Shown one piece after another: positions 9,478 to 19,145 of a DNA stretch of 64,000 bases. Location: assembly GCA_026003195.1 (NCBI GenBank), contig BPGU01000003.1:785086-849085 (forward strand). The letters run 5' to 3'. The notes under the pieces were generated by a model. It worked only from the letters and a program-made list of their open reading frames with translations, made no database searches and was not told where the DNA came from. The translations under genes were made by a program, and so were the position numbers. Positions within the stretch are counted from its first letter, which is position 1; every line of letters starts with the position of its first letter. This stretch comes from Armatimonadota bacterium (GTDB lineage: Bacteria > Armatimonadota > HRBIN16).

Positions 9478-11470
9478 GCAAAAAAACGGCGAAGTGCGCA
9501 TCGGCGTTTATGTCTGCCATTGTGGAGCAAACATCGCCGATACCGTAGATGTGAAAGCGGTGGCGGAGTACGCTGCCACCCTACCCGGAGTGGTGATAGC
9601 ACGAGATTACAAGTACATGTGCTCCGACCCCGGACAAGAGCTCATTCAGGAGGACATCCACAACCTGAGCATCAACCGCGTGGTGGTGGCAGCGTGTAGC
9701 CCCACCCTGCATGAAAACACCTTCCGGGGTGCCGCAGAACGAGCGGGACTGAACCCCTTCTTCGTGCAGATGGTCAACATTCGTGAGCACGACTCGTGGG
9801 TGCATAGCGACCGTGAGGCGGCAACGGAGAAGGCGAAGGACCTGGTGCGCGCGGCGGTTCGCCGCGTGTACTTCCATAAACCACTGGAGAAGCGACGTGT
9901 GCCTATCCACTCCGAGGTGCTGGTGGTGGGGGGAGGCATCGCCGGCATCCATGCTGCCCTCACCGTTGCCAACTCGGGGAAGAGAGTCTATCTGGTGGAA
10001 CGTGAGCCCACCATCGGCGGGCACATGGCACAGTATGATAAGACTTTCCCCACGCTGGACTGCGCTGCGTGTATCCTCACCCCCAAGATGTCGGCGGTGA
10101 AGGCACACCCGAACATCACGCTCTGGACATACTCCGAAGTGGTGAGCGTTGACGGCTCTGTGGGTGACTACAAGGTAGTCGTGAGGCGCAAACCCCGCTA
10201 TGTGCGTGAAGACCTGTGCGTCGGGTGTTTGCAGTGCATCGACACCTGTGTGTTCAAGGAGCCGAAGTTTGACGACGAGTTCAACCTGGGGCTGAGCAAG
10301 CGCAAGCCGATATACATCCCGTTCCCGCAGGCAACCCCCAAGGTGGTGGTGGTTGACCCCGAAGCATGCATCCAGCTGAAGACGGGCAAGTGCAAGAAGA
10401 GCTGCCTGGAAGCCTGCGTGGAGCGAGGAGCTATCGACTTCGAGCAGAAAGAGACCTACGAGGAGATTCACGTCGGCTCCATCATCATCGCTACGGGGTT
10501 CCAGACCTTTGACCCGCGCCGGCTGCCGCAGTATGGCTACGGCAGGTATCCGAACGTGTACACCACGCTGGAAGTAGAACGGCTGGTGAACGCCTCTGGT
10601 CCGACCGGTGGACAGGTCGTGACACGCGATGGGCGCATACCCAAGAGCGTGGGGATTATCCTGTGCGTCGGCTCGCGCGATGAAAACACCAACCGCTGGT
10701 GCTCCCGCGTTTGCTGTATGACCTCGCTGAAGCTGGCGCACCTGATTAAGGAGCACACGGGTGCAGAGGTGTTCATCTTTTACATCGATATGCGCGCCGC
10801 GGGCAAAGGCTACGAAGAGTTCTACCAGCGCGTGCTGAACGAGGGCGTGCACTTCGTGCGGGGGCGCGTGGCGGAGATTACCGACTGGGCACTGGACCCC
10901 TCTGAGGAGGGTAAGCTGGTCGCTCGCGTGGAGGATACCAACACCGGCTTCGTCCGACGCATCCCGCTGGACATGGTGGTGCTTGCGGTGGGACTGGAAC
11001 CGCAGCCAGACGCTTTGAACGTACAGAGGCTGTTCGGCATTGGCTGCTCGCTCGACGGGTTCTTCCTCGAGAAGCACCCCAAGCTGGCTCCTGCACCCAC
11101 CTATACCGACGGCATTTTCATCGCAGGAGTCTGCCACGGACCGAAAGACATTCCTGACACCGTGATGCAAGCGGGTTACGCCGCCGCCGAAGCCATTGCG
11201 CTGGCGGACACAGGTTACTTCGAGCTGGAGCCGAACACCGCCTACGTGGTGGAGGAAGAGTGCTCTGGCTGCAAGAGCTGCATCCCGCTGTGCCCCTATC
11301 AGGCAATCACCTTCAACGAAGAGAAGAAGAAGGCGTTCATCAACGAGGTACTCTGCAAGGGATGTGGCACCTGTGTGGCGGCATGTCCGTCGGGTTCCAT
11401 CAAGCAGAACCTGTTCGAGGATGAGGAGATATTCAGCGAGATAGAGGGCGTGCTGGCATACGCCCAGTAA
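9470..11470 (+). CDS. hdrA: heterodisulfide reductase subunit A-like FAD/FeS flavoprotein
   Basis: N-terminal VCHCGANI Cys cluster, GGGIAGIHAAL dinucleotide fold, and C-terminal CSGCKSCIPLCP / CKGCGTCVAACP ferredoxin motifs. ATG 9470 overlaps the hdrB stop. Confidence 0.9.
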   Translation: MSEQKNGEVRIGVYVCHCGANIADTVDVKAVAEYAATLPGVVIARDYKYMCSDPGQELIQEDIHNLSINRVVVAACSPTLHENTFRGAAERAGLNPFFVQMVNIREHDSWVHSDREAATEKAKDLVRAAVRRVYFHKPLEKRRVPIHSEVLVVGGGIAGIHAALTVANSGKRVYLVEREPTIGGHMAQYDKTFPTLDCAACILTPKMSAVKAHPNITLWTYSEVVSVDGSVGDYKVVVRRKPRYVREDLCVGCLQCIDTCVFKEPKFDDEFNLGLSKRKPIYIPFPQATPKVVVVDPEACIQLKTGKCKKSCLEACVERGAIDFEQKETYEEIHVGSIIIATGFQTFDPRRLPQYGYGRYPNVYTTLEVERLVNASGPTGGQVVTRDGRIPKSVGIILCVGSRDENTNRWCSRVCCMTSLKLAHLIKEHTGAEVFIFYIDMRAAGKGYEEFYQRVLNEGVHFVRGRVAEITDWALDPSEEGKLVARVEDTNTGFVRRIPLDMVVLAVGLEPQPDALNVQRLFGIGCSLDGFFLEKHPKLAPAPTYTDGIFIAGVCHGPKDIPDTVMQAGYAAAEAIALADTGYFELEPNTAYVVEEECSGCKSCIPLCPYQAITFNEEKKKAFINEVLCKGCGTCVAACPSGSIKQNLFEDEEIFSEIEGVLAYAQ

Positions 11471-11478
11471 ACGGAGGG

Positions 11479-12009
11479 ATGAGCATGGAAGAGAAACTGG
11501 CAGCAACCGACAAGCTCTCCACCAGTAAGGATTGGGAGCCATTGATCGTGGCTTTCTTCTGCAACTGGTGTACCTATACGGCGGCTGATCTGGCAGGTGT
11601 CTCCCGGATGGGCTATGACCCGAACGTGCGCGTCATCCGCGTGATGTGCTCCGGGCGCGTCGACCCGCAATTCGTTCTGGATGCTTTTGCGCACGGTGCA
11701 GATGGAGTGCTCATCGGGGGATGCCACCCGGGAGACTGCCACTACGTGGAAGGCAACTACAAAACTCTGCGCCGCTACCTCTTGCTCAAGCGCCTGTTGC
11801 GGGAGCTGGGTATCGAAGAGGGTCGCCTGCGACTGGAGTGGATTGCCGCTTCCGAGGGCGAGAAGGTGAGCAAAACCATCAACGAGATGGTGGAGCAGGT
11901 GCGCGCTCTGGGACCGCTGCGGCTGACCCGCAAGTTCAAAGAGTGGGATGCCGAGCTGGCAACCCTGGAGGTGGAAGCGCAAAGGGAGGAGGTGGCGGTC
12001 CATGTCTGA
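11479..12009 (+). CDS. mvhD: methyl-viologen-reducing hydrogenase delta subunit (MvhD/FlpD-like)
   Basis: FFCNWCTYTAADLAG...VMCSGRVDP...GCHPGDCHY signature. GGAGGG SD lies upstream. Confidence 0.9.
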   Translation: MSMEEKLAATDKLSTSKDWEPLIVAFFCNWCTYTAADLAGVSRMGYDPNVRVIRVMCSGRVDPQFVLDAFAHGADGVLIGGCHPGDCHYVEGNYKTLRRYLLLKRLLRELGIEEGRLRLEWIAASEGEKVSKTINEMVEQVRALGPLRLTRKFKEWDAELATLEVEAQREEVAVHV

Positions 12010-12970
12010 CAAGCCCAAGATCGCGTTCTACTGGTGCGCCTCCTGCGGCGGCTGCGAGGAGTCCATTGTCGACCTGGCAGAGGACATCCTCGAAGTCGCT
12101 CAGGCGGTAGATATCGTCTTCTGGCCCGTGGCGATGGATTTCAAGCGCAAAGATGTGGAAGCCATGCCTGACGGTTCTCTCCTCGCCACCATGGTCAACG
12201 GCTCTATCCGCACCTCCGAACAGGAGGAGATGGCATATCTGCTGCGCCGCAAGAGCCAGATTCTGATTGCGTACGGCTCGTGCGCCCACACCGGAGGCGT
12301 TCCCAGCCTCGCCAACCAGTTCGACAAGGAGCAAATCCTGCGTTACGTCTACGAGGAAGCACCAACGGTGGCCAACGAGCAGAAAGTACGCCCTCAGCCG
12401 CGCCATCAGCAGAATGGCACAGCGATTACCCTGCCGGAGTTCCGGGGACTGGTGCGAAGCCTGGACCAGGTGGTCGAGGTAGACTACTATCTGCCCGGCT
12501 GCCCACCGACTCCCAAACTGCTGAAGCAGGCAGTGCTGACCCTGCTCTCCGGCAACCTGCCGCCCAAGGGCACGGTGCTGGCACCGGATACCGCCCTCTG
12601 CGACCAGTGCCCGCGCAAAGACACGAAGCCGACCGACCTGAAGATCAACGAGTTCAAACGTCCGCACTGGACGCAGATAGACCCCAATACCTGCTTCCTG
12701 GCACAGGGCATTATCTGCATGGGGCCCGCTACTCGCGCTGGTTGCGAAGCGCAGTGCATCTCCGGCAATATGCCCTGCACCGGCTGTTTCGGACCCACTT
12801 CGCGCGTACGAGACCAGGGAGCCAAGATACTCTCCTCGCTGGCATCCTCCGTCAATGCCCGAGAGCCGGAGGATATCGAGAAGATACTGGAGGGGATTGT
12901 GGACCCGGTGGGAACCTTCTACCGCTACTCTCTGGCAAAATCGCTACTGCGTGCGAAAGTGACTCGTTGA
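12002..12970 (+). CDS. mvhG: [NiFe]-hydrogenase small subunit (group 3c, MvhG-like)
   Basis: MSDKPKIAFYWCASCGGCEES N-terminal cluster motif plus distal Cys clusters (CPRKD, CMGPATRAGC, CTGCFGP). ATG 12002 overlaps the mvhD stop. Confidence 0.9.
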   Translation: MSDKPKIAFYWCASCGGCEESIVDLAEDILEVAQAVDIVFWPVAMDFKRKDVEAMPDGSLLATMVNGSIRTSEQEEMAYLLRRKSQILIAYGSCAHTGGVPSLANQFDKEQILRYVYEEAPTVANEQKVRPQPRHQQNGTAITLPEFRGLVRSLDQVVEVDYYLPGCPPTPKLLKQAVLTLLSGNLPPKGTVLAPDTALCDQCPRKDTKPTDLKINEFKRPHWTQIDPNTCFLAQGIICMGPATRAGCEAQCISGNMPCTGCFGPTSRVRDQGAKILSSLASSVNAREPEDIEKILEGIVDPVGTFYRYSLAKSLLRAKVTR

Positions 12971-12983
12971 GGAGGGATGAGGG

Positions 12984-14510
12984 ATGGACGAGAACATTCA
13001 GACCGTATGGAACGAAGCGCAAACCCGGGCGAATGAAGCCTATTACGCCCAGAGGCGACGGATCACCGTGGACCCTATCACCCGACTGGAGGGACACGGT
13101 AAGATCGATATCTTCCTCAACGAGCAGGGAGAAGTGGAACGAGCGTACTTCCAGGTGCCCGAGCTGCGGGGTTTCGAGGTCTTCTCCCTGGGACGACCGG
13201 CGGAGGACATGCCTCAGATTACCAGCCGTATTTGCGGCGTGTGCCCCACAGCGCACCACATGGCAGCCACCAAAGCGCTGGATGACCTGTACCGGGTAGA
13301 GCCGCCTTCACCCGCCCGCAAAATCCGCGAGCTGGTGTACAACACCTTTATGCTGGAAGACCATGCCCTGCACGTGTATGTGCTGGGCGGTCCCGACTTC
13401 ATTGTGGGACCCGACGCCCCGCCGGAGATGCGCAACGTGCTGGGCGTGATCCAGACCGTGGGAATAGACATCGGCAAGCGCGTTATCTCCACGCGCCGAC
13501 GCCTTCGCGAGTTCATCGCCTATCTGGGCGGCAAGGTCGTGCATCCTGTGCTGGGGTTGCCCGGAGGTGTCGCAAAGGGTATCGCCCCCGAAGACCTGCC
13601 GCGTTTTCAGGAACTGGCGAAAGATGCCCTCGATTTCGCCCTGTTCACCCTGCAGGTGTTCCATGACGTGGTGCTGAAGAACCAGGCATACGTCGACCTG
13701 ATCACCTCGGACACCTACACCCACCGCACCTACTACATGGGGCTGGTGGACGAGAAGAACCGCGTGAACTTCTACGATGGCAAGGTCAGGGTGGTCTCTC
13801 CGGAGGGCAAGGAGTACGCCAAGTTCGCCGCGCAAGCGTATCTGGACTATATCGCCGAGCACGTCGAGCCCTGGAGCTACGTCAAGTTCTGCTACCTGAA
13901 GGGCGTCGGCTGGAAGGGCTTCACCGACGGCGCCGAGAGCGGTATCTATTCGGTAGCCCCGCTGGCGCGGTTGAACGCCTCCGACGGCATGGCGACTCCC
14001 GAGGCGCAGAAGGCGTATGAGGAGTTCTTCAACACCTTTGGGCAGAAGCCGGTGCACCACACGCTGGCAAACCACTGGGCGCGCGTGATTGAGATGGTAT
14101 ACGCCGCCGAGCGCATTGTGGAGCTCCTCAACGACCCGGAAATCACCAGCCAGAATCTGCGCGTCATCCCCACCACCAGTCCGACGGTGGGCGTCGGTGT
14201 GGTGGAAGCCCCACGCGGCACGCTGTTCCACCATTACGAAACCGACGAGGACGGCATCCTGCGCAAAGTGAACCTCATCGTCGCCACCCAGAATAACTCT
14301 GCCCGCATGGCGATGAGCGTCGAGAAGGCAGCGAAGGGGCTGATACACGGCGGGGAGGTGTCCGACGGGCTATTGAACAAGGTGGAGATGGCATTCCGGG
14401 CGTACGACCCGTGCCATGCCTGCGCCACGCACTCCCTGCCCGGGCAGATGCCACTGGTGCTGACCGTGTACGGAGCGCACGGTGAGGTGCTCCACCAGCA
14501 GAAACGGTAA
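12984..14510 (+). CDS. mvhA: [NiFe]-hydrogenase large subunit (group 3c, MvhA-like)
   Basis: L1 motif RICGVCPTAHH and L2 motif DPCHACATH, followed by a 25-aa C-terminal tail of the kind removed by the maturation endopeptidase. Confidence 0.95.
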   Translation: MDENIQTVWNEAQTRANEAYYAQRRRITVDPITRLEGHGKIDIFLNEQGEVERAYFQVPELRGFEVFSLGRPAEDMPQITSRICGVCPTAHHMAATKALDDLYRVEPPSPARKIRELVYNTFMLEDHALHVYVLGGPDFIVGPDAPPEMRNVLGVIQTVGIDIGKRVISTRRRLREFIAYLGGKVVHPVLGLPGGVAKGIAPEDLPRFQELAKDALDFALFTLQVFHDVVLKNQAYVDLITSDTYTHRTYYMGLVDEKNRVNFYDGKVRVVSPEGKEYAKFAAQAYLDYIAEHVEPWSYVKFCYLKGVGWKGFTDGAESGIYSVAPLARLNASDGMATPEAQKAYEEFFNTFGQKPVHHTLANHWARVIEMVYAAERIVELLNDPEITSQNLRVIPTTSPTVGVGVVEAPRGTLFHHYETDEDGILRKVNLIVATQNNSARMAMSVEKAAKGLIHGGEVSDGLLNKVEMAFRAYDPCHACATHSLPGQMPLVLTVYGAHGEVLHQQKR

Positions 14511-15007
14511 TGGAACGCACAGCGCGCACACTGGTACTGGCACTGGGGAATGACCTGCTCGGCGATGACGGCGTCGGTTTGGAAGCGGCGCGCCAGATTG
14601 CCGGGCAGGTCGATGGGTCGGTAGACGTACAGGAAACTGGCGAAGCTGGACTGGCTTTGCTGGAACTGCTGGAGGGATACGGGCGCGCGTTGTTGATAGA
14701 CTCCATCGTCACGGGGCGCTATCCACCCGGCACAGTGATCGAGTTCTCGCCGGAGGACTTTCGTCGGGTGATAGCCCCTTCCCCACACTACGCCGGCTTG
14801 CCAGAAGTGCTGGAGATGGCTCATCGCCTGAATCTGGAGTTCCCCCGGCATATCCGCATCCTCGCCATGGAGGTGCAGAATCCCTACGAGTTCCACGTCG
14901 GTTTCTCCGAACCGGTGCAAGAGGCTCTGCCCCGGCTGGTTCAGCGTGCCCTGCAGATTCTGCGCCAGTGGCAGCAGGAGACGACAGCAGCCGCTGACAG
15001 CGCATGA
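14510..15007 (+). CDS. hydrogenase maturation endopeptidase (HyaD/HycI/FrhD family)
   Basis: LALGNDLLGDDGVG motif. Start overlaps the mvhA stop (TAATG). Confidence 0.85.
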   Translation: MERTARTLVLALGNDLLGDDGVGLEAARQIAGQVDGSVDVQETGEAGLALLELLEGYGRALLIDSIVTGRYPPGTVIEFSPEDFRRVIAPSPHYAGLPEVLEMAHRLNLEFPRHIRILAMEVQNPYEFHVGFSEPVQEALPRLVQRALQILRQWQQETTAAADSA

Positions 15008-15152
15008 TGCGGGTCATGCGCAGGATGGTCTTCCTTGCCTGAGGTTTTCGCACACTATGGTTCGGCAGAAGCACCTGCTTTCCAGAAGCCGGGAGGACGC
15101 CTCTCGCCGAGCATCGCTTGCGGTTCGGTAAGGGATATGGCAAAATAGAAGC

Positions 15153-16247
15153 ATGAACACACCGGACAGGCGACCCATCGAGGTGATTCTGCTGGGACCG
15201 GCTCTGGACGTGCGCGGTGGGGTTTCTTCAGTGGAAAGGCTGATTCTGGCGCATGCTCCCGAGGAGGTGCACATTCGCCACATCGCTACCATGCGCGACG
15301 GGGGAATGCTGCGCAAGCTGGTTGTCTTCATCGTGGCGATAGTCCGCCTGAAGTGGCTCTTGCTGACACAGCGCGTGGATCTCATCCATATCCACTTCGC
15401 CAGCCGCGCCAGTACCTGGCGCAAGTCCTTGCTCGCACTCGTGGCTCGCTGGTTCCGCAAGCCTTACATCTTGCACGCGCACGGCGCGGAGTTTCATGAG
15501 TTCTATCCCAAACAGCCGCGAGTGTTACAGCAGTGGATTGTCTCCATGCTTCGGAACAGCCGATGCCTGATAGCCGTGTCGGAAAGATGGAGGCAGTTTT
15601 ATCTGGACATTTCCGGGCTACCCCCCGAACGGGTCGTTGTATTGCCCAATCCGATTAGCGTGCCGGAGACATATCCCAGTCGGCGTGACAGAAGCGCGGT
15701 GACCTTCCTCTTTCTGGGCAGGATGGAAAACAGGAAGGGACCGCTTCGTGCGGTGCAGGCGTTACATGCATTGCCGGACGCGCTGCGACAGCGAGCCCAC
15801 CTGGTGCTGGCGGGAGATGGAGACGTAGAAGGCGTACGCCGCGAGGTGAGCAGGCTGGGGCTGGAGAGACAGGTGACCGTGATGAACTGGGTGAGCGCGG
15901 AGCAGCGGAACACTCTGCTTGCCAGCGCCGATGCGTTTGTGCTCCCCTCTTTGAACGAAGGCTTGCCCATGGGCGTTCTGGAAGCGATGAGCTGGGGGCT
16001 GCCGATCATCGCATCGCCTGTGGGGGGCATACCGGAAGTAGTGCAAGACGGCTATAACGGTTTTCTCGTACCGCCGACAGACATTCCTGCACTGGCCAGC
16101 GCCATGCAGAAGCTGGTGGAAGACGAACCCCTGCGCCTGCAGATGGGTGCCAATGCCCGCGCCAGCGTGGAGCATCTGGACATCCGCCTCTACTGGCAAA
16201 AGCTTCAGCATATCTACCAGTCCGTGATGCCGGAGAGCAAGAGGTGA
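15153..16247 (+). CDS. glycosyltransferase family 4 (GT-B fold)
   Basis: C-terminal EGLPMGVLEAMSWGLPIIASPVGGIPEVV (E-x7-E region) typical of GT4/GT1 enzymes. Confidence 0.85.
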   Translation: MNTPDRRPIEVILLGPALDVRGGVSSVERLILAHAPEEVHIRHIATMRDGGMLRKLVVFIVAIVRLKWLLLTQRVDLIHIHFASRASTWRKSLLALVARWFRKPYILHAHGAEFHEFYPKQPRVLQQWIVSMLRNSRCLIAVSERWRQFYLDISGLPPERVVVLPNPISVPETYPSRRDRSAVTFLFLGRMENRKGPLRAVQALHALPDALRQRAHLVLAGDGDVEGVRREVSRLGLERQVTVMNWVSAEQRNTLLASADAFVLPSLNEGLPMGVLEAMSWGLPIIASPVGGIPEVVQDGYNGFLVPPTDIPALASAMQKLVEDEPLRLQMGANARASVEHLDIRLYWQKLQHIYQSVMPESKR

Positions 16248-17608
16248 GCACACTCAAAAAACTTTCAGCGGCACTGAAGAACCTGTCCGCAGGCGACTGG
16301 CTGTTGAGGCGGAACCCGCTGTTCTATCCCGCGGCGCTTCGCCTGTTGCATCGTCTAGAAAGCGCTCCGTTAGAAGAGCGAAAGAGGTTCACACAGGAAC
16401 GCTTGAAGAAGGTGTTGCGAGCCGCCTCCCGTACACGCTACGGCAGACAAACAGGGGCGGGCGAAAACATCCTGGACTGGCCTCTTCTGGAAAAGTCTCA
16501 GGTGCGCGACGACCCCAGAGCGTTTGTGCGGGGAGCGGTGTGGCTGAGCAGTCCCGCCAGCACCAGCGGTACCACCGGCTTGCCACTGAAGCTGTATCGC
16601 TCCTTTCAGTCGGTAGCGGTAGAGCAGGCAAGTATTGACCGTCTGGTTCTGGCTAAGGGCATCGATCCGCGCACTGCTCGCACCGCCGTGCTGCGAGGGG
16701 AGAATATTAAAGACCCTAGCGACAGGGAGCCGCCTTTCTGGAAATTCGTGGCTGGCGGACGCAGAATGGTCATGTCCTCGAACCATCTGAGCCCACAGAC
16801 GATAGAAGCTTACCACGCCGCCCTGAGCGCTTTTGCGCCGGAGTGCCTGATGGCATACCCCACCTCGCTGGAGTCGCTCTGCCGACTATTGCAGGCAACG
16901 GGCAAATCCCTGTGTATCCCGCTGGTGGTGACCTCCTCAGAAGTACTGACTCCCCAAACGCGAAAGCTGGCGCAGGAGGTGCTGGGAGCAGAGCTTGTGG
17001 ACTACTACGGGCAGGCGGAACGGGTGGCGTTCGCGTATTCTTTTCAGGAGGGAGATTACCGCTTTCTGGCAGGATATGCGTTTGTAGAGCTGTTGCCAGC
17101 AGGTGAAGAGAAGGATGCCGCACTCTATGAAATCGCAGGCACGAATCTGTGGAACCTGAAAATGCCGCTGGTGCGCTATCGTTCGGGTGACCTGATACGC
17201 CTGCCCAAAGGTTTATCAGAGCATCAGATAGAAGCGATCCGTTACGGCGTAGAGCCTTTTGGCGGCGTACTGGGGCGACAGGGCGACTACCTGGTCTCCC
17301 CTGATGGCGCGCACCTGATGGGTATAGACCATATCCCGCGTGATGTAGAGCACGTGGTGCGGATGCAAGTGGTCCAGGAGTCCCCACACCGGGTGCGTCT
17401 CTTGGTCGTTCCCACTCGGGACTTCAACGAGCGGGACAGGCAACAGATTCTGCACAACGCCTCTCTCAAGCTGCCTGCCGAGATGCGGGTAGACATCGAA
17501 GTGGTTCAGGAGCTGGAGCGCACGGCACAAAACAAGACGCCTTTTGTGATTCGCCAATTCGAAGCGGAAGGAGGCATTCACCATGACCATGCCGAGACTG
17601 GACAGTAA
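16244..17608 (+). CDS. adenylate-forming enzyme, phenylacetate-CoA ligase/CapK/F390-synthetase family
   Basis: STSGTTGLPLKL AMP-binding P-loop and family-typical length. Overlaps the GT4 stop by 4 nt. Confidence 0.75.
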   Translation: MSTLKKLSAALKNLSAGDWLLRRNPLFYPAALRLLHRLESAPLEERKRFTQERLKKVLRAASRTRYGRQTGAGENILDWPLLEKSQVRDDPRAFVRGAVWLSSPASTSGTTGLPLKLYRSFQSVAVEQASIDRLVLAKGIDPRTARTAVLRGENIKDPSDREPPFWKFVAGGRRMVMSSNHLSPQTIEAYHAALSAFAPECLMAYPTSLESLCRLLQATGKSLCIPLVVTSSEVLTPQTRKLAQEVLGAELVDYYGQAERVAFAYSFQEGDYRFLAGYAFVELLPAGEEKDAALYEIAGTNLWNLKMPLVRYRSGDLIRLPKGLSEHQIEAIRYGVEPFGGVLGRQGDYLVSPDGAHLMGIDHIPRDVEHVVRMQVVQESPHRVRLLVVPTRDFNERDRQQILHNASLKLPAEMRVDIEVVQELERTAQNKTPFVIRQFEAEGGIHHDHAETGQ

Positions 17609-18857
17609 AGCCATTGAGCATCACTACCAGCACGCGAAGGAGGTGTACGCCGCCTACGGCGTGGATACCGACAAGGCGCTGGAGCAGATGAAGGCGATCT
17701 CTATCTCCCTCCACTGCTGGCAGGGAGATGACGTGGGAGGCTTTGAAAACCCGGAGGGAGAATTAGGTGGGGGGCTGGCAGTTACCGGTAATTACCCGGG
17801 CAAAGCGCGCACCCCCGATGAACTCCGCGCCGACCTGCTGAAGGCATACAGCCTTATCCCCGGCAAGCACCGCCTGAACCTGCACGCTTTCTACGTGGAT
17901 TACCCCGAAAAGGTGGAGCGCAACCAGCTGCAACCCAGGCACTTCCAGAGCTGGATCGACTGGTCGAAGGCGCACGGCATCCCGCTGGACTTCAACGGTA
18001 CGTTCTTCGCCCATCCCCTGGCGAGCGACGGCTGGACGCTGGCAAGCGCAGATAGCGGAGTACGTCAGTTCTGGATAGAGCACGCCATCGCCTGCCGCAA
18101 AATCGCCGAAGCGATGGGCAAAGCGCAGGGTAGCCCGTGCATCCACAACCTGTGGATACCCGACGGCGAGAAGGACCTGCCCGCCGACCGCTGGTCACCG
18201 CGCCAGAGGCTCAAAGATTCGCTGGACGCCATTTTCAAAGAGCCGCTGGACAGGCAATACGTCAAAGACGCCGTGGAGTCCAAACTGTTCGGTATCGGTT
18301 CGGAATCGTATGTGGCGGGGTCGTGGGAGTTCTACCTGCCCTACGCAGTGAAGCACAACTTGCTGATATGCATCGACACCGGGCACTTCCACCCTACCGA
18401 GCAGATTGCGGACAAAATCTCGGCAGTGCTGTTGTTCCTGCCGGAGATACTGCTGCACGTGAGCAGGGGTATCCGCTGGGATAGCGACCATGTGGTGATA
18501 CTCAACGACGAAACGCGCTCCATTGCTGAAGAGATCATTCGCGGAGACGCCCTCCACCGCGTGCATATCGGGCTGGACTACTTCGATGCCAGCATCAACC
18601 GGGTGGCGGCGTGGGTGATTGGCACGCGGGCGATGCTCAAAGCGCTGCTGATTGCCCTGCTGGAGCCCTCTCAAACGCTGAAAGAGCTGGAAGCCTCCGG
18701 GGACCGTACCGCCCGCCTCGCGCTGATGGAGGAGCTCAAGACCCTGCCTTATAGCGCGGTGTGGGACTACTACTGCGAGACACAGGGTGTGCCCGCTGGC
18801 GCAGCATGGCTGGAAGAGGTGCGCCGCTACGAGCGCGAGGTGCTGGCGAAACGGTAG
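17583..18857 (+). CDS. rhaA: L-rhamnose isomerase
   Basis: Collinear with enterobacterial RhaA as I recall it: SLHCWQGDDVGGFENPEG, TGNYPGKAR, RLNLHA, DTGHFHPTE, LLHVSRGIRWDSDHVV, GLDYFDASINRVAAWVIGTRA. Confidence 0.95.
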   Translation: MTMPRLDSKAIEHHYQHAKEVYAAYGVDTDKALEQMKAISISLHCWQGDDVGGFENPEGELGGGLAVTGNYPGKARTPDELRADLLKAYSLIPGKHRLNLHAFYVDYPEKVERNQLQPRHFQSWIDWSKAHGIPLDFNGTFFAHPLASDGWTLASADSGVRQFWIEHAIACRKIAEAMGKAQGSPCIHNLWIPDGEKDLPADRWSPRQRLKDSLDAIFKEPLDRQYVKDAVESKLFGIGSESYVAGSWEFYLPYAVKHNLLICIDTGHFHPTEQIADKISAVLLFLPEILLHVSRGIRWDSDHVVILNDETRSIAEEIIRGDALHRVHIGLDYFDASINRVAAWVIGTRAMLKALLIALLEPSQTLKELEASGDRTARLALMEELKTLPYSAVWDYYCETQGVPAGAAWLEEVRRYEREVLAKR

Positions 18858-18868
18858 AGACAAAAACA

Positions 18869-18904
18869 GGTCCCAGGTACGCGGGGGGACTGCGTCCTGG
18901 GACC
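18869..18904. terminator. GC-rich hairpin between convergent rhaA and oxidoreductase genes; U-tract only on minus-strand reading
   Basis: GGTCCCAGG(T)ACGC - 9-nt loop - GCGTCCTGGGACC (13 bp with 1 bulge). Preceded on + by CAAAAACA, which reads as UGUUUUUG after the hairpin on -. Confidence 0.4.
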
Positions 18905-19145
18905 AGAACTCACACGTAATGAGCTGCGGCGTCTGTAGCATAGAACCAGCAGTACGTTTCCAGTCAGAACGGTCGCAGCCGTGCTCGGCTCAGGAGCAGT
19001 TCTCTCAGAAACGCTGTCAATGCCCCAGAAGACGCCTGCCTTTGCGGACGAATCCTGCTACTTTTCCCACCTCTATATATTGCAAGAGTCGTACCACAGA
19101 AGGCATTTTCGCCCTCTTTGGGGGGATTTTTTTGTAAATTTTTCG

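Noticed and set aside
9581-11542. Very long ORFs antisense to or overlapping real genes. Examples: 9581..11542(-) 653 aa opposite hdrA, 13308..14348(-) opposite mvhA, 25414..26637(+) opposite nadE, 26664..27677(+), 38902..40485(+) opposite uvrC, 60656..61591(-), and many Arg/Ala/Pro-rich 60-300 aa ORFs.
   Set aside because: These are typical shadow ORFs of high-GC DNA. Their composition is low-complexity (R/A/G/P-rich) with no motifs or SD. Each lies opposite a gene with unambiguous family signatures.
19112-19133. CCCTC-TTT-GGGGG hairpin followed by a T7 run, considered as a plus-strand intrinsic terminator.
   Set aside because: The stem is only 5 bp including a G-U pair, with a 3-nt loop. 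That is too weak to list as a feature, so it is mentioned only in the convergent-3'-end finding.
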